In this document: in pieces, positions 1 to 10,998 of the stretch
Position numbering within the stretch: the first letter of the stretch is position 1
Layout: every line of letters begins with the position of its first letter
From: Candidatus Multivorans sp.
GTDB taxonomy: Bacteria; Acidobacteriota; Thermoanaerobaculia; Multivoradales; Multivoraceae
Reading direction: 5' to 3'
DNA length: 64,000 nt
NCBI GenBank assembly: GCA_965224025.1
Contig: OZ245033.1
Coordinates: 1,920,001 to 1,984,000 of the forward strand
Notes under the pieces: model-generated
Database searches by the model: none
The model's input: the letters and a program-made list of their open reading frames with translations, nothing else
What the model was told of the DNA's origin: nothing
Made by a program: the position numbers and the translations under genes

Positions 1-248
1 TCGACCCGCCGCGGGTGCACGACGTGGCGGATGTCCTAGAGGCGGAACGGGACCGGTTGCCGCCCGAGTTGGCGGGCGATCTGGACCGGCTCGCAGCCGC
101 CTCCAGGAGTCTCCGCCGCGATCGCGAGCTCGCGTTCTACGGCGCGTCGGACATCGTGCCGGTCGACTTCTACAAGGAGGCGGACGCCTCCGAGGCGAGG
201 GAGGCGGCGCGGTTCGTGGTTGCCAGCGTCACACCGAGAGTAGAGTGA
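1..248 (+). CDS. HEPN domain protein (MNT-HEPN type), 5' end outside window
   Basis: Frame reads DPPRVHDVADVL...RRDRELAFYG..., containing the PPxxHD and R-x4-Y motifs typical of small HEPN proteins. Confidence 0.7.
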   Translation, partial: DPPRVHDVADVLEAERDRLPPELAGDLDRLAAASRSLRRDRELAFYGASDIVPVDFYKEADASEAREAARFVVASVTPRVE

Positions 249-274
249 TACGGCCCTATCGCTCGGGTGCCGCC

Positions 275-532
275 ATGAGTCCCAGCATCAAGAACGATGA
301 CGCTTGTCACCGCCCAAACGAACGTCCTCGCCAAACCGGCAAGCCCAAGACCGCTACGAAGGCCGCCGTGTTACGCGAGAGGCTGAACCCAGGACGGCGA
401 CAGAACCAGGCAGAGGCCTTGGCCCGGGGACTTCACGAGATCGGACAACGCTGCGCCCGCCTCCTCCAAGCCGGTCCGTCCGCCGTTGAGCATGGCGACT
501 TGCTGTACGACACGCGCGGACTACCGAAGTGA
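275..532 (+). CDS. VapB-like antitoxin (Rv0623/PSK transcription factor type), probably degenerate
   Basis: MSPSIKNDD...TG...LRERL...LLYDTRGLPK resembles the MxLNIK...LRERL...LYDExGLP pattern; stop overlaps the next start (GTGA). Confidence 0.6.
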   Translation: MSPSIKNDDACHRPNERPRQTGKPKTATKAAVLRERLNPGRRQNQAEALARGLHEIGQRCARLLQAGPSAVEHGDLLYDTRGLPK

Positions 533-600
533 TCGTCGACCCGGCCGCGACCATGGCGATTCCCCGCGGCGACGCAGACGCCCAGTGCTACGGCTTCGCT
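529..600 (+). pseudogene. VapC (PIN) toxin N-terminal remnant
   Basis: GTG ATC GTC GAC... gives VIVDPAATMAI, like the MIVDTSAxxAI PIN start, coupled to vapB; similarity is lost soon after; end approximate. Confidence 0.4.
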
Positions 601-682
601 TGGAGCCGAAACCTCGCACTTCACGAATCGGCGCCTCCATGAAGATCGAGGATTCCGAATTGCTCTGCTAACGCCGGACCAT

Positions 683-2812
683 TCACGGACCCGTCACGAA
701 CGGGCTCGGCTCGCCGAAACCAAGCACCAGTAGCTCCTTCTTCGCACGCGTCGCCGCCACGTAGACGAGCGCCCGCTCCTCCGTCTCGGCCGCCGCGCGG
801 CCTGCTTCGTCGCCGCGAGCGAAGACGGCAGCGCGCAGTGGGACGAGTCCCTTGTTCACGCTCGCGATAGCCACGCGGTCGAACTCGAGCCCCTTTACGC
901 GGTGCATGGAGGCCAGGCGGACGCCTTCCCGCTCGCGGTCGTCGAGGTCATCGGCCTCCAGCACGAAGACGGGGAGCTCGTGCTCGCCAAAGCTCACCGC
1001 CAAGGCGTTGCGTTCTTTGTGCGTCCGGGCGACCACACATGTGCTCCTCAGCCCTTCGCCTCTTTCGCGCAACGCCTGCAGCCACTCGACAAGGGCGGCG
1101 GTCTGCTCGTCCCTCGTCTCGAAGACCCGCACCTGCGGCTCTGGCCCGAGGGTCAAAGATCTGATGCCGTGGTTGTCGTCGACGCCGCCGTCGAGATCGT
1201 CGATGCTGCAGCCGGCAAGCAGGCCGGTCGCCCAGCTCCACGTCTGCTGCGTCGTGCGGTAGTTGAGGCGGAGTTTTCGAGCGCGACCACGGATCTCGAT
1301 CCCGCACCGCCCAAGCACGACCCGGTTCCGACCGTAGATGCGCTGGTGGCCGTCCCCGACGATGAACAGGTCGTCGGCCCCAGGCGAGGCCATGCTGCGG
1401 ATGAGGCGATACGCCTGCGAGCCCATGTCCTGGGCCTCGTCGACGATTACAGTCGTGTATTCCAGTGCGGGCGGGTCGGCTTCCAGCAGTGCAGCAGCGT
1501 CCCGATACGCGTCGTCGACCTCCTTCAGACCGCGCTCCGCGAGCTGCGCGCGGTATTCCTCAAACACCCGCCACACCTTGACCCGCGCCGCGCGGTGCAA
1601 CCGCGTCCCGCGTCCGACTCGAGGCACGCGCCGATACTCCTCTTCGGTCGTCACACCGTTGGCAAGAACGACCCGCTCCCATTCGTCGCGGTAGAAGGCG
1701 TTCCCGTAGTCGAGATCCTGGGGTTTCTGGTCGAGTGCCAACTCCCACGACTCCTGATGGCGCCCGTAGATGACGCGAGACTCGTAGCGACGACCCCGCA
1801 GGAAGCCGATCACCCAGCGGTCCAGGTTTGTCACCTCGATGCGCGCCATCTCGTCCGGCGTGCAGATGGACCGCAAGTTGTTCTCGATGTCAGCGGCCAG
1901 GTTTCTGGTGAAGGTCGTGAACAGGATGCGGCCGCTGTTCGAACTCTTACGGGCGAGCCACCGCGCCCGGTGCATCGCGACCACGGTCTTGCCCGTACCT
2001 GCCCCGCCGAGAACCCTCACCGGTCCGTTCCAGTTCCGTTCGACGAGCCGGCGCTGCGACGGATGCAGGAAGACCCGCCAGCGCTCCAGGGGCGCGTTCA
2101 ACATCGCCTCCAGTTCCACTTCGTCGTCCACGACGACGAACCGGGCCTGGGAATCGGTCCGGTTCAGCGCCTTCTCGAAATCGGTGGTGTCGACCGGCTC
2201 GCGGACGGCCTCGCGCTCCAGCACAAGCCTCTCGTAGGACTCGCCAGCCAGGTACAGGAAGAGCGCCTCGTACGCTTCAACCGGCAACCGCGCCTGCATG
2301 GCGTCGAGTTCCACGTCGTCGCGCACCGCGCGCACCTCCTCCAGCATGGCGGCAGGAACGCCGAGACGCGCCAGCTGGCGATCGCGCAAGTCCTCGAAGG
2401 CCGACGGTCGGTCGGCCGCGGCCGGCGTGGCATCCTCGCCCTTCGCCCCGAGGTCAGCAGGAACAGCCGGTTGGGGCTCGTAGACCTGGAGCGCTCCCGT
2501 CTCGGCGTTGATCCGGCATTCGTGCCGCTCGGCCCAGGCGTACGCGTCGTCATGCTTGGCGGCCCACAGCAGCATGTGGACGTCGCCGCGGTCCGGCTTG
2601 AGCACGATGGCCCGATAGCCGCGGTCGATGCGCAGCGACCGCATGTGCCGGTCCCGTGCCCCGTGGATCCGCTCGTAGTTCAGTCCGCTGGCCGTCGAGT
2701 CGACGTTGAACTTCGAGATGAGCGATCGCACGCCCTTCTGCTGAGGCCGCGGCAACCGTGCGTAGGCCTCGAGAAAGTCGCTCGACATCGCCATCGTTGC
2801 AGTGCTGACCAT
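683..2812 (-). CDS. UvrD/SF1 helicase with N-terminal RelE-like domain (ArmD-like)
   Basis: GGAGTGKT Walker A, IVDEAQD, GDGHQRIY, NYRT, HRVKGLEF, YVAATRA; start overlaps the upstream stop (TGATG). Confidence 0.9.
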   Translation of the reverse strand: MVSTATMAMSSDFLEAYARLPRPQQKGVRSLISKFNVDSTASGLNYERIHGARDRHMRSLRIDRGYRAIVLKPDRGDVHMLLWAAKHDDAYAWAERHECRINAETGALQVYEPQPAVPADLGAKGEDATPAAADRPSAFEDLRDRQLARLGVPAAMLEEVRAVRDDVELDAMQARLPVEAYEALFLYLAGESYERLVLEREAVREPVDTTDFEKALNRTDSQARFVVVDDEVELEAMLNAPLERWRVFLHPSQRRLVERNWNGPVRVLGGAGTGKTVVAMHRARWLARKSSNSGRILFTTFTRNLAADIENNLRSICTPDEMARIEVTNLDRWVIGFLRGRRYESRVIYGRHQESWELALDQKPQDLDYGNAFYRDEWERVVLANGVTTEEEYRRVPRVGRGTRLHRAARVKVWRVFEEYRAQLAERGLKEVDDAYRDAAALLEADPPALEYTTVIVDEAQDMGSQAYRLIRSMASPGADDLFIVGDGHQRIYGRNRVVLGRCGIEIRGRARKLRLNYRTTQQTWSWATGLLAGCSIDDLDGGVDDNHGIRSLTLGPEPQVRVFETRDEQTAALVEWLQALRERGEGLRSTCVVARTHKERNALAVSFGEHELPVFVLEADDLDDREREGVRLASMHRVKGLEFDRVAIASVNKGLVPLRAAVFARGDEAGRAAAETEERALVYVAATRAKKELLVLGFGEPSPFVTGP

Positions 2813-5800
2813 CAATCCTCCCGGGGAAAGGCCTCGACGACCGCACGCATCACGTCGTCAAGGTCGCCGGAGATTACCTGCCACCCCGCCGCCGCCATGA
2901 CCTCGGCCTGTTCCGGGTGCTCCGGCCACACGACGGCGAACCGGCGCTCGGGCCACGCGAGCTCCGCTTCCGCAACCACCACGCCGTCCTCGCCGCACAG
3001 CTCGAATCCCACCTCCGGCGCTGGCGCGCCGCCGCCTGAGAGCGTCTCCAGGACTGGCAGCAGGTCGGGCGCCGCAAACTCGAACGCCTCCCGCCAAAGC
3101 GCGTCGTCTCGTGCCGACGCGGGCGTCAGGGCCGCAAACCCGTGGAGGACATCGTAGAGCCGCCCTTTGATTCCCCGGCGCGTAGTCCACCAGGCCCCGG
3201 GCAGGAACTGGAGGAAGTTGAACAGTCTGAGCGTGGCGTTCCACACTTGGCGGTAGTTGTCCCTGGCTCGGCCCTCCACATCGTCGTGCAGATGGACGAC
3301 CGCCTTCATGCCGTCCGGGTCGCCCCGCTCCACGGCGGCCAGGGGCAGTGCGAGCAAGAGCTCCGCGGCATCTGGCGCCGTGCCTGCCCAGGCGCCCAGG
3401 CCCGCTCGGGCAACCGGTTGCTCCAGATCTTCGAAGGCCGCACGACCTCCTTCGGGCAGGGTCGCCGCCAGTCTGTCCTCGAACCGGGACCGCAGGCCTC
3501 CTCCCAGCATCTCTCCGGTGTCGAAGAGGCCGCACAGCATCGCGAAGACTGCCTGCTTCCACGGCTCGGGCCGAGGGTCAGCCAGGTAACGCGCGAGGAG
3601 TTGCAGCGACGATCCGGCCGCAAGACGGGCACGCAAAGCTCCAACATCCCACCGCCGGTCCAGTGCGGCTTGAAGCTCCGTGTCCCCGGCGCCGAACAAG
3701 TCGAAGGCAGCATCCTCGGGCTTCTCTCCCACGACGTCCCGCCACGTCAGCGACCAGACCAGATAGCCGGCCCGCACAAGCGCCAGCCGCTTCAGCGAAT
3801 CGTCGTCGGTTCGGTCACGGTGGAACTCGAATCCGTCGGTGAACACGGCAATCGGCGGCTGCCCGCTCGACGCGCGCGCCGGGCGGATGACGAAGTCCGG
3901 GCGGCATGGCGCCGCAACGCCGTCGGAAGGCCCTAGATCCACCTGCGGCTCCATGTACCAGGTCGAGCCAGCCACGGTCAGCACGTACCCCGGCTTGCCG
4001 CCAACCAGGTCGCGCCGAACGCGAACGGGTTCGCCGTCCACCGCAACCCCCGGCAGTGCCTCGACGAAACGCTCCTCCAACTCGCTCTCGACCGGCGGCG
4101 CGAACTTCACGGCAGCGAGTCCCTCGACCTCCTCGAGAGCCTCAGCCTGGGCGAGAATGGCCTCCAGAATCTCCACCGCCGTCGTCCTGGATATGCTGGC
4201 CATATCGCGCCCGCGCCGATACGCAAACACGCAGCGATAGCAGCCGTCCTTCTCCGGATCGTCGTTGCACAGACAAACCCTCAGCGCGTCCAGCGCCGTC
4301 CGGAACACGCCCAGCAGCTTCTCTGGTTCGCTCATCAGTTCCTTCAGGTAGCCGGTGCCGCCCGGAACCGTGTCGTAGAGCATCAGATAGCGGCGACGCG
4401 TACTCGTTCCGGCATCCGGGTACTCGCTCGTCATGACGCGCAAGTGGTCGATCTGTCCGCTGAACCACCCCTTCAGGCCCAACTCCAGAGCCGCAACGAA
4501 GGACGCTACGCGCCGCTCGGAGCCGAGTGCCACCGCCACGGGAAGGAGCATCCGAACCGCTTCGGACCGGAACTGGCGGTACAGGTAGAGGCACTCCACA
4601 ATGTCGCTGTCGCCGCCCGAATCGTCGCCCTCGACCGCTCCGAACGCGCTCGACTCGGCGCTGGCGCCACCCCCAGTCCGCGCGGCACTTCGCACCGGAC
4701 ACGTTCGCGCATGAACCGGCTCGTCCTCATGGCGCCCCTGGACCTTCCCGCACCGCCCGCAGATGCGGAAACCGTCCCGCGGCAGCTCACAGCCGGCGAA
4801 CATCGTCGGTTGGCCCTGCTGGCCCAGCCGACCGAAGTTCATCTCGCGGAACGTCGCCGACGAGATGTATTCGAAGCCGAACGGCAGATCGCTCCTGGGC
4901 ATGGCATACGCGCGCTCGACCGCGTCCGGCTCGAAGTCGGCAACGAGCTGCCGCGTGTAGAAGAGCGGCTCACGATCGTCCCGCTCGTCGACGATGCGGC
5001 TGTAACGATCGGGCGTGGTCGCATGCACGAGTCGGAGCGGCAACATGTTGCGGCGCTGGCCCTCGTCCGCCCACATCGAATCGCCGCAACGCGGACACGT
5101 CACGTAGCGGTCACGGACATCGACGCGCTCGCAGTAACTGCAAGTCCGGCACAGCCGCCACGACTCGATCTCCGACAGCCGCAGATCGATCCGATCGATT
5201 TGCACCCGACGACCTCCCGCGTAGAAGTGGTTCTCCGGCGCCAGTTCGCCGAGAGCGGAGGCCGCCGGTCGCATGTACTCGTACGTCTCGTGCGAGTATC
5301 CGGCCCGCTCCGGGGCAGCGGCGCGTTTGCCCTCGGAGTCCTGGTTGCCTCGTTCGCGCTGCCGATAGATGACCGACTTCAGCGTGACGCCCTCTTGCGG
5401 GAAGGCATAGTTCGGCAGGAGGCCCTCGTCGGTCAGGAAGTTGAACGTGTTGCGGCGGTTCAAACGGCGCAGCAGGCCCTGCAGGCCGGCGCGTTCGTCC
5501 TTCAACTCCTCGATCTCCCCCTCCACCGAGTCGTCCTCGGGAGAGCGCCGCAAGGCCCCGATTCGTCGCCGCAGCGTGTCGACCTCCGCGCGCAGCGACT
5601 TTCGCTCCCTGGCGACCTCGGCGAAGCGATCCAGGAGGCGAAGCCGCAGCGACGGCTGACCATCGGCATCGCCCTGCAGAAACCCGCGCAGGTAAGTCCT
5701 GGACGCCGGGTCCAGGTTGTCCGAGAAGGCAGCGAAGAAATCCTCGAGCAGGGCTTCCGCCCGTTCCTGGACGAAGTCGAACAACGGGTACGGGAAGCGG

Positions 5801-8800
5801 TCCAGCGCCGTCTTCTCCACGCTGTCGAGTACCGCGCTGATCCGATGCGGCACCGCGTCCCCGGCGACGCCGGTGGCCGCCCAGCGATCGAAACAAAACG
5901 CTGTGAGCTGCCGCTCCAGCACGGCCGACGCATTCAGGAACACGCCGGGCGGCTCGACCTTGCCCCCCAACATGTCGAGCGGCTCCTCGTAGAAGTAGAG
6001 ATCGTGCGGCCGTCCGGTCGCCACGGTCAGCGTGAGCGCGTTGCCGTCTCGCCTGCCAGCCCTTCCGATGCGCTGGAGATAGTTCTGCTGCGCCGGCGGA
6101 ACGGAGCAGAGCACCACCGTCGACAGGTCGCCGATGTCGATTCCCAACTCCAGGGTCGGCGTGGCCGACAGCACATTGGGCTCCCACGGTCTCGACTCCG
6201 GGTCGGCGAAGCGTTCCTGGATCTCCGCGCGCTCTTCCCGTGTCAGGAGCGCGGTGTGCTCTGCAGACACGAGGCGGCGGATAGCGGTCTTCCGGTACAG
6301 ACGCCCGAACCACGTTGGCGGCGGAGTTTCATGGCGGCCGTATGCGTCGAAGGCCGCAAGATCGAGGCAGGGAACGCCTTGCCAGAGATCCGCTTCCCGC
6401 TCCGGGACCACGAGCACCCGGTTCGACCTCTCACAGTGCATTACCGCAACGCGGGATGTCGCGTACAGGCCGGTCGGGTCGAGAGCCCATGCCCGGGCGC
6501 TGCCGGCATCTACGCGCTGGACCAGTCCGGCGGTCTTGAGCGAGTCGAGGGCGGCCAAGAGCACATCGGCCGCGTCGTGCGTGGCAGAGAGGGGGTCGAG
6601 GGGCGCCAGGACCTTGGCTGCCCAGTCCAGGTACCACGACCGGCGCGCCTTGCCCGTGGAGCGGCTCCAGGCCATCGCCCTTCGCGGCCCCGTCCGTCGG
6701 AAACACGGGCAGCGGCGAACGCGGGCCGAAGTCCGGAAGGGCGATCTCCCGCCTGGTCAGCCACCAGCGGCTCGCGCCGTTTGCTAGGAACCCCTGCACA
6801 AGGTCGGTCCAGATTGCCCCACGCGTCTTCATGCGGCGCAGGATGCCGAGCAACAGGGCGCGCACCGTGTCGCCGTCTACTTCGCGCAGGCCGCCAATCT
6901 CGCGGATGCGGCCGTGGGCCTCGCCGCAGGCCCCGTCGAGCCGTTCACGATCCACGCCAATCGCGGCCGCGCACGTGCGTTCCAGCGTCCGCCCGATGGT
7001 CGACCGATGGCCGAACTCGGCAAGGGCCTCCCAGCGCAACCGACGGGCCACGAGACCGGGCAGGTCGGATCCCCGCGGCAACCGGCCTTGGCTCTTCAGG
7101 GCTGTGAAGTCTTGAAGCCACAAGCGGTCCGGGGCAATGAACTCGCTCACGAAGCGCTTGGCGTCGAACGTTTCGGAAGCTCCCGCGCTCGCGCTTACGC
7201 CACGCCAGCGGGCCACCACCCCGCCGTCGTCATCCGCGCCGCCGATCAGCTCGGACAACCTGATCTCGCCGTGTTCTTCCACGACCTGAGCGATCGCCGC
7301 CCGCACGTTGTTCGGCCAGGTCCGCGCCGCGACGAAACCGGCCCGGTGAGCGGCATCCTGCACGTTGTCGGAGAACGCGATGACCTTGTGGTCGTCGTTG
7401 TGGCGCGAAGCGAAGGTCTGACCCAGCGCCACGCTGAGCAGGCTGGACGCTCGCGCACCAAAGATGATCAACGCCTCCACGGCGCCGCAGTAGGGACAGT
7501 CGCGGCTCAGTTGCATCCTGGAGCCCCGCCCACCGCGGAAGCTCTTCCTGACGACGGACTCCGGGCGGAACACGCGCAGCACCCGGTCTGCCCCGCAACC
7601 GGCGCACGGCTTGCCGGCATTCTCCGCACTCGCGGTGAGCCGGCCGCAGCCGCCGCAGATCGTGCCGTGGATGCCCCTGGCAGGCGACGGCGCCTCGCCC
7701 GGGAAGAGGTACTGCACGTCGACGTCGCGAGCGAAGAACCGGTTGTAGAAGACGGGCAGGTCGCGTTCGATGCCTTCCTTTCCGCCGCTCTTGACGGCGC
7801 CCCAGCCGGTGGCGCGACACTCCCGGCACTGAATCAGCGGCAGGTGGACAGACGGGTCGTCCGGCTTCAGGTCGTCGGAGTGACGCAGGCGATGCAGCGC
7901 GCGCGGACCGGCGCCGGCGTCCTCGCTCGATCCGCTCAACGCTTCGCCGTCGGACTCGAGCGTGGCACCCTCGTGGGAACCTCGGGAAGCGGCAACGTCC
8001 CCGACTCCGCAGACCATGCGGCGGAGCTCCCGAACCCAGAGGTGCAGCCCGACCTGCAGAAACGGCAGCAGCCGGCCTGTCGTGCTCCCGCCCTCACGCC
8101 CGCGCGCTACCGAGATCAGAGCGCACAGTCCATCGAGCACGGCAACAGCCTCGCGCTCGCTCGCCACGGGCAAGCTCCGGCGAAGTCGGTTTGCCACCTC
8201 CGCCACCGGCACGGGGCGCCCGTCGAGCACCCTCAACAGGTTCACGAAGGTGGCGTGCTCCCGCAGGCGGTCGGCCAACGCCACCCGCCAATCCTCCGAC
8301 TCGAAGTCGCCCTCGATGGGCACGCCGAAGAACAGTTCGTGCAGCGCGCGGACATAGTCCTCAGTCGACTCCTGCCGGCGGTTCAGCAACCCCGCAAGGT
8401 CGCCGCGCGGCATCAGGTAACCCTCGATCAACGAACCGGCCAGGAACTCGTCAATGCTCTGCCGCGACTCACCCACGATGGAACCCGGCCCGAACCGCTG
8501 ATCGAAGATCCGGGACACGTAGGCGCGCAACTCCGGCTCGGCGCCTTCGCCCCCCAGCGTCGCCGACGTGCCGGCGCAGATCAGGCCCTCGCCCGCGCCG
8601 AGCCGAGCGCGCAGGCGCCGAATGAGGCAAGCCAGGTCCGTGCCCTGCGCGCCGTCGAACGTGTGCAGCTCGTCGACCGCCAGGTAGCGCAGCGTGCCCG
8701 GCTCGTTGTGCCGCCAGAGCCGCTGGTCCGAGGGCCGAACCAGGAGGTAGTCGAGCATCTTGTAGTTCGTGAGCAGAATGTCCGGCGGACGCTCCAGGAG

Positions 8801-9367
8801 ACTCTCCCGGTCGGCGACGATGTGCTCCGGCCCCATGCCCACCTGCGGAGCGCGCGCCGCCTGGCCGATGAAGAGCCCCGCAGTGACTCGGCCGCGCAGC
8901 GGCGAGTTCCGATGAATCGTCTTCGCGATGCGCCGAGCCTGGTCAGTCGCCAGCGCGTTCATCGGATAAACGATGATCGCCTTGATCCCCTTTCGGCCCT
9001 CCGGCGTACCCGCCTGTTCGCGGCAGTAGTCGAGAATCGGCAGCAGGAAGCACTCCGTCTTGCCCGAACCCGTGCCCGTGGCAATGATCGTCGAACGTTC
9101 GGCATCCGCAGCCAACCGCGAGAACGCGGTCCGCTGGTGGCGGTACGGTGTGTAGCCGAGCGGCACCTCCGGGAACGGCTCGCCCCCTTCCGGCGCATGC
9201 CGGTACGGCAGAGCGACGGAGAGATACGGGCCCTTGACGAGGTTCTCGGGCTCGGCCAGGAAGTCGTCGACGACGCCGGCCAGCTCCGGGTTGGACGGGC
9301 CGAACCCAGTTCTGAGGAAGGACCGGAGGGCGTCGGCGACTTCGGAGGCGACGGCGGACGGGATCAA
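2812..9367 (-). pseudogene. YprA-like DEAD/DEAH helicase + DUF1998 + C-terminal PD-(D/E)xK-like nuclease (~2185 aa, ArmC/DrmAB-like), frameshift at ~6658
   Basis: ORF 6431-9367 has TGTGSGKT, VDELH, SAT. ORF 2812-6675 has TPTLELGIDIG, QRIGRAGR, DUF1998-type LYDTVPGGTGY..C.C..DGCYRC and ESELE..PD..DGFEFH. Total span 6556 nt = 3n+1. Confidence 0.85.
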
Positions 9368-9586
9368 GGGGGCGGTTCGACGGAAGATTACAGGAGCAGC
9401 GGCGGGATAGCCGACACTCTACGCGCGTTTCGTAGCCGCATCTGGTGAGCGCTGGGTCGTTTGTCGACCTGCGCTACGGGCCCGACGCTGGCCAAAGCCG
9501 CAATACGGCTATCCCGATGGCGCCGGCGGGCCGCGGCGAACTGACGACCCGCGTACTGTATCTTCCGGGCACGAAGGGAGACGAGG

Positions 9587-9829
9587 ATGCGAACGCACCA
9601 CTTCACGCTCGTCGTGGAAGGCGCCGACTTGCAGGCCGAGCCGTTGATCGACGAGGTCTTTGAGGCCGGTTGCGACGATGCCACTGTCGGGCGGAGCGAG
9701 GGCATCCAGTACGTCGACTTCGACCGCGACGCGCCCAGCCTCGGCGAGGCCATCCAGTCCGCAATCCGCGATCTCGGCCGGGTCGAAGGCATCCAGGTCG
9801 TGAGGGTTGTCCACCCGAGCGGATCATGA
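9587..9829 (+). CDS. Small protein resembling the N-terminal domain of antitoxin-like DNA-binding proteins, no HTH
   Basis: FEAGCDDATVG...DFDRDAPSL..AI.SAI.D motif; GAGG directly upstream of ATG. Confidence 0.55.
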   Translation: MRTHHFTLVVEGADLQAEPLIDEVFEAGCDDATVGRSEGIQYVDFDRDAPSLGEAIQSAIRDLGRVEGIQVVRVVHPSGS

Positions 9830-9855
9830 AGAGGTGGCCTCCCTCAAACGACGGC

Positions 9856-10998
9856 TCAGAGTTGTTCCTCAGTAAGGTTGGCCTCCAGGGCGTCCAGAAA
9901 GCCCGGTGGATAGCGGAGTCTGCCCTTTCTGGCCCTCTTCGCGAAACCACCAAGCGCGCGTTGCGAGAGGTCCGGCCACTTCCCCGTCGCGAACGCGGAG
10001 AGCCTGCCCAATCGCCTCTTCACCGGATACTCGGAGACCGATGCGATCATTCTCCGGCCATCGACGCTCCAGCCCGCGGTTGGCCAGCGCGTTCCGGGTT
10101 CCAGAGGAACGTCCGTCCCGTCGTCGTACTCCCCAGGGTCTGCCAATCGCTCCCCGATCCACTTCGCCACTGGCACCGAAACGGCATTCCCCACAAGGCG
10201 CCAGCGGTGCCGACCGGCCGGTCCCCGCAATGCCGAAGTCCAACCCGGTCGGAACCCTTGAAACCGCTCCACCGCCTCTATTGGCGGCGTTACGACGCGC
10301 CCGGTCGGCAGGAGAACCGCGGGCGGGGACGGTATCGCCAAAGACGATCCAGCCTTCAGCGGGGGAATCGCGTCGGCCGTCAGGCCGTGCCCAACCCGCC
10401 CCTCCGTCCAGTAGAAGCCAAGCGGTTGCGACCCCACCGGTTCGGTCAAGTCGAACCTGGGCGGCTCGCTCCCAGGGGCCTCGTCTGCCAGCAGTACTTG
10501 CCGGGGATCTCCCACCTGACTGGCGACGATGAACACGCGACGCCGGCGCTGAGCGAGTCCGAACGAGCGACTGTCGACGACCCGGTACGCCCACCTGTAG
10601 TTCCGGCGTTCGAGCCGGTCGAGGATCGAGGAGATCGCCGCACCTTTCCGCAGGTGCAGCATGAAGTAGACGTTCTCGATGACGACCCACGGAACGGCGC
10701 GCACATCGAGCAGCCTGAACAGGTGATCGACGATGACGCTCTTACTGCCCTTGATGCCCTCCTTGTCGCCGGCCATAGAGAGGTTCTGGCATGGGAACCC
10801 CGCCGTGACGATGTCGGCATCGTCCGGCAACGCCGCGAGATCGGCCACGTCATCATGGAAGCGTGCCTTAGGCCAGCGTCGTCGAAGCACTGTAGACGCG
10901 TAGTCGCAGTTCTCGCAGAGCAGCCTCGGGCGATGGCCCGCGCGCTGCAGGCCCAACTCGAAGCCGCCGATGCCGGCGAACAGCCCTGAAACCAGCAT
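9856..10998 (-). CDS. dcm: DNA (cytosine-5) methyltransferase
   Basis: Motifs I FAGIGG, IV GFPCQ, VI ENV, VIII QRRRRVF, X GNAV. Confidence 0.95.
   Translation of the reverse strand: MLVSGLFAGIGGFELGLQRAGHRPRLLCENCDYASTVLRRRWPKARFHDDVADLAALPDDADIVTAGFPCQNLSMAGDKEGIKGSKSVIVDHLFRLLDVRAVPWVVIENVYFMLHLRKGAAISSILDRLERRNYRWAYRVVDSRSFGLAQRRRRVFIVASQVGDPRQVLLADEAPGSEPPRFDLTEPVGSQPLGFYWTEGRVGHGLTADAIPPLKAGSSLAIPSPPAVLLPTGRVVTPPIEAVERFQGFRPGWTSALRGPAGRHRWRLVGNAVSVPVAKWIGERLADPGEYDDGTDVPLEPGTRWPTAGWSVDGRRMIASVSEYPVKRRLGRLSAFATGKWPDLSQRALGGFAKRARKGRLRYPPGFLDALEANLTEEQL

Noticed and set aside
6650-6670. Programmed ribosomal frameshift in the helicase
   Set aside because: No slippery heptamer or homopolymer; mutation or sequencing error is more likely
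902-9448. Long plus-strand ORFs (751, 887, 844 aa) opposite the helicases
   Set aside because: Antisense shadows of high-GC genes; no motifs. The same applies to 30393-32648 and 59362-62220
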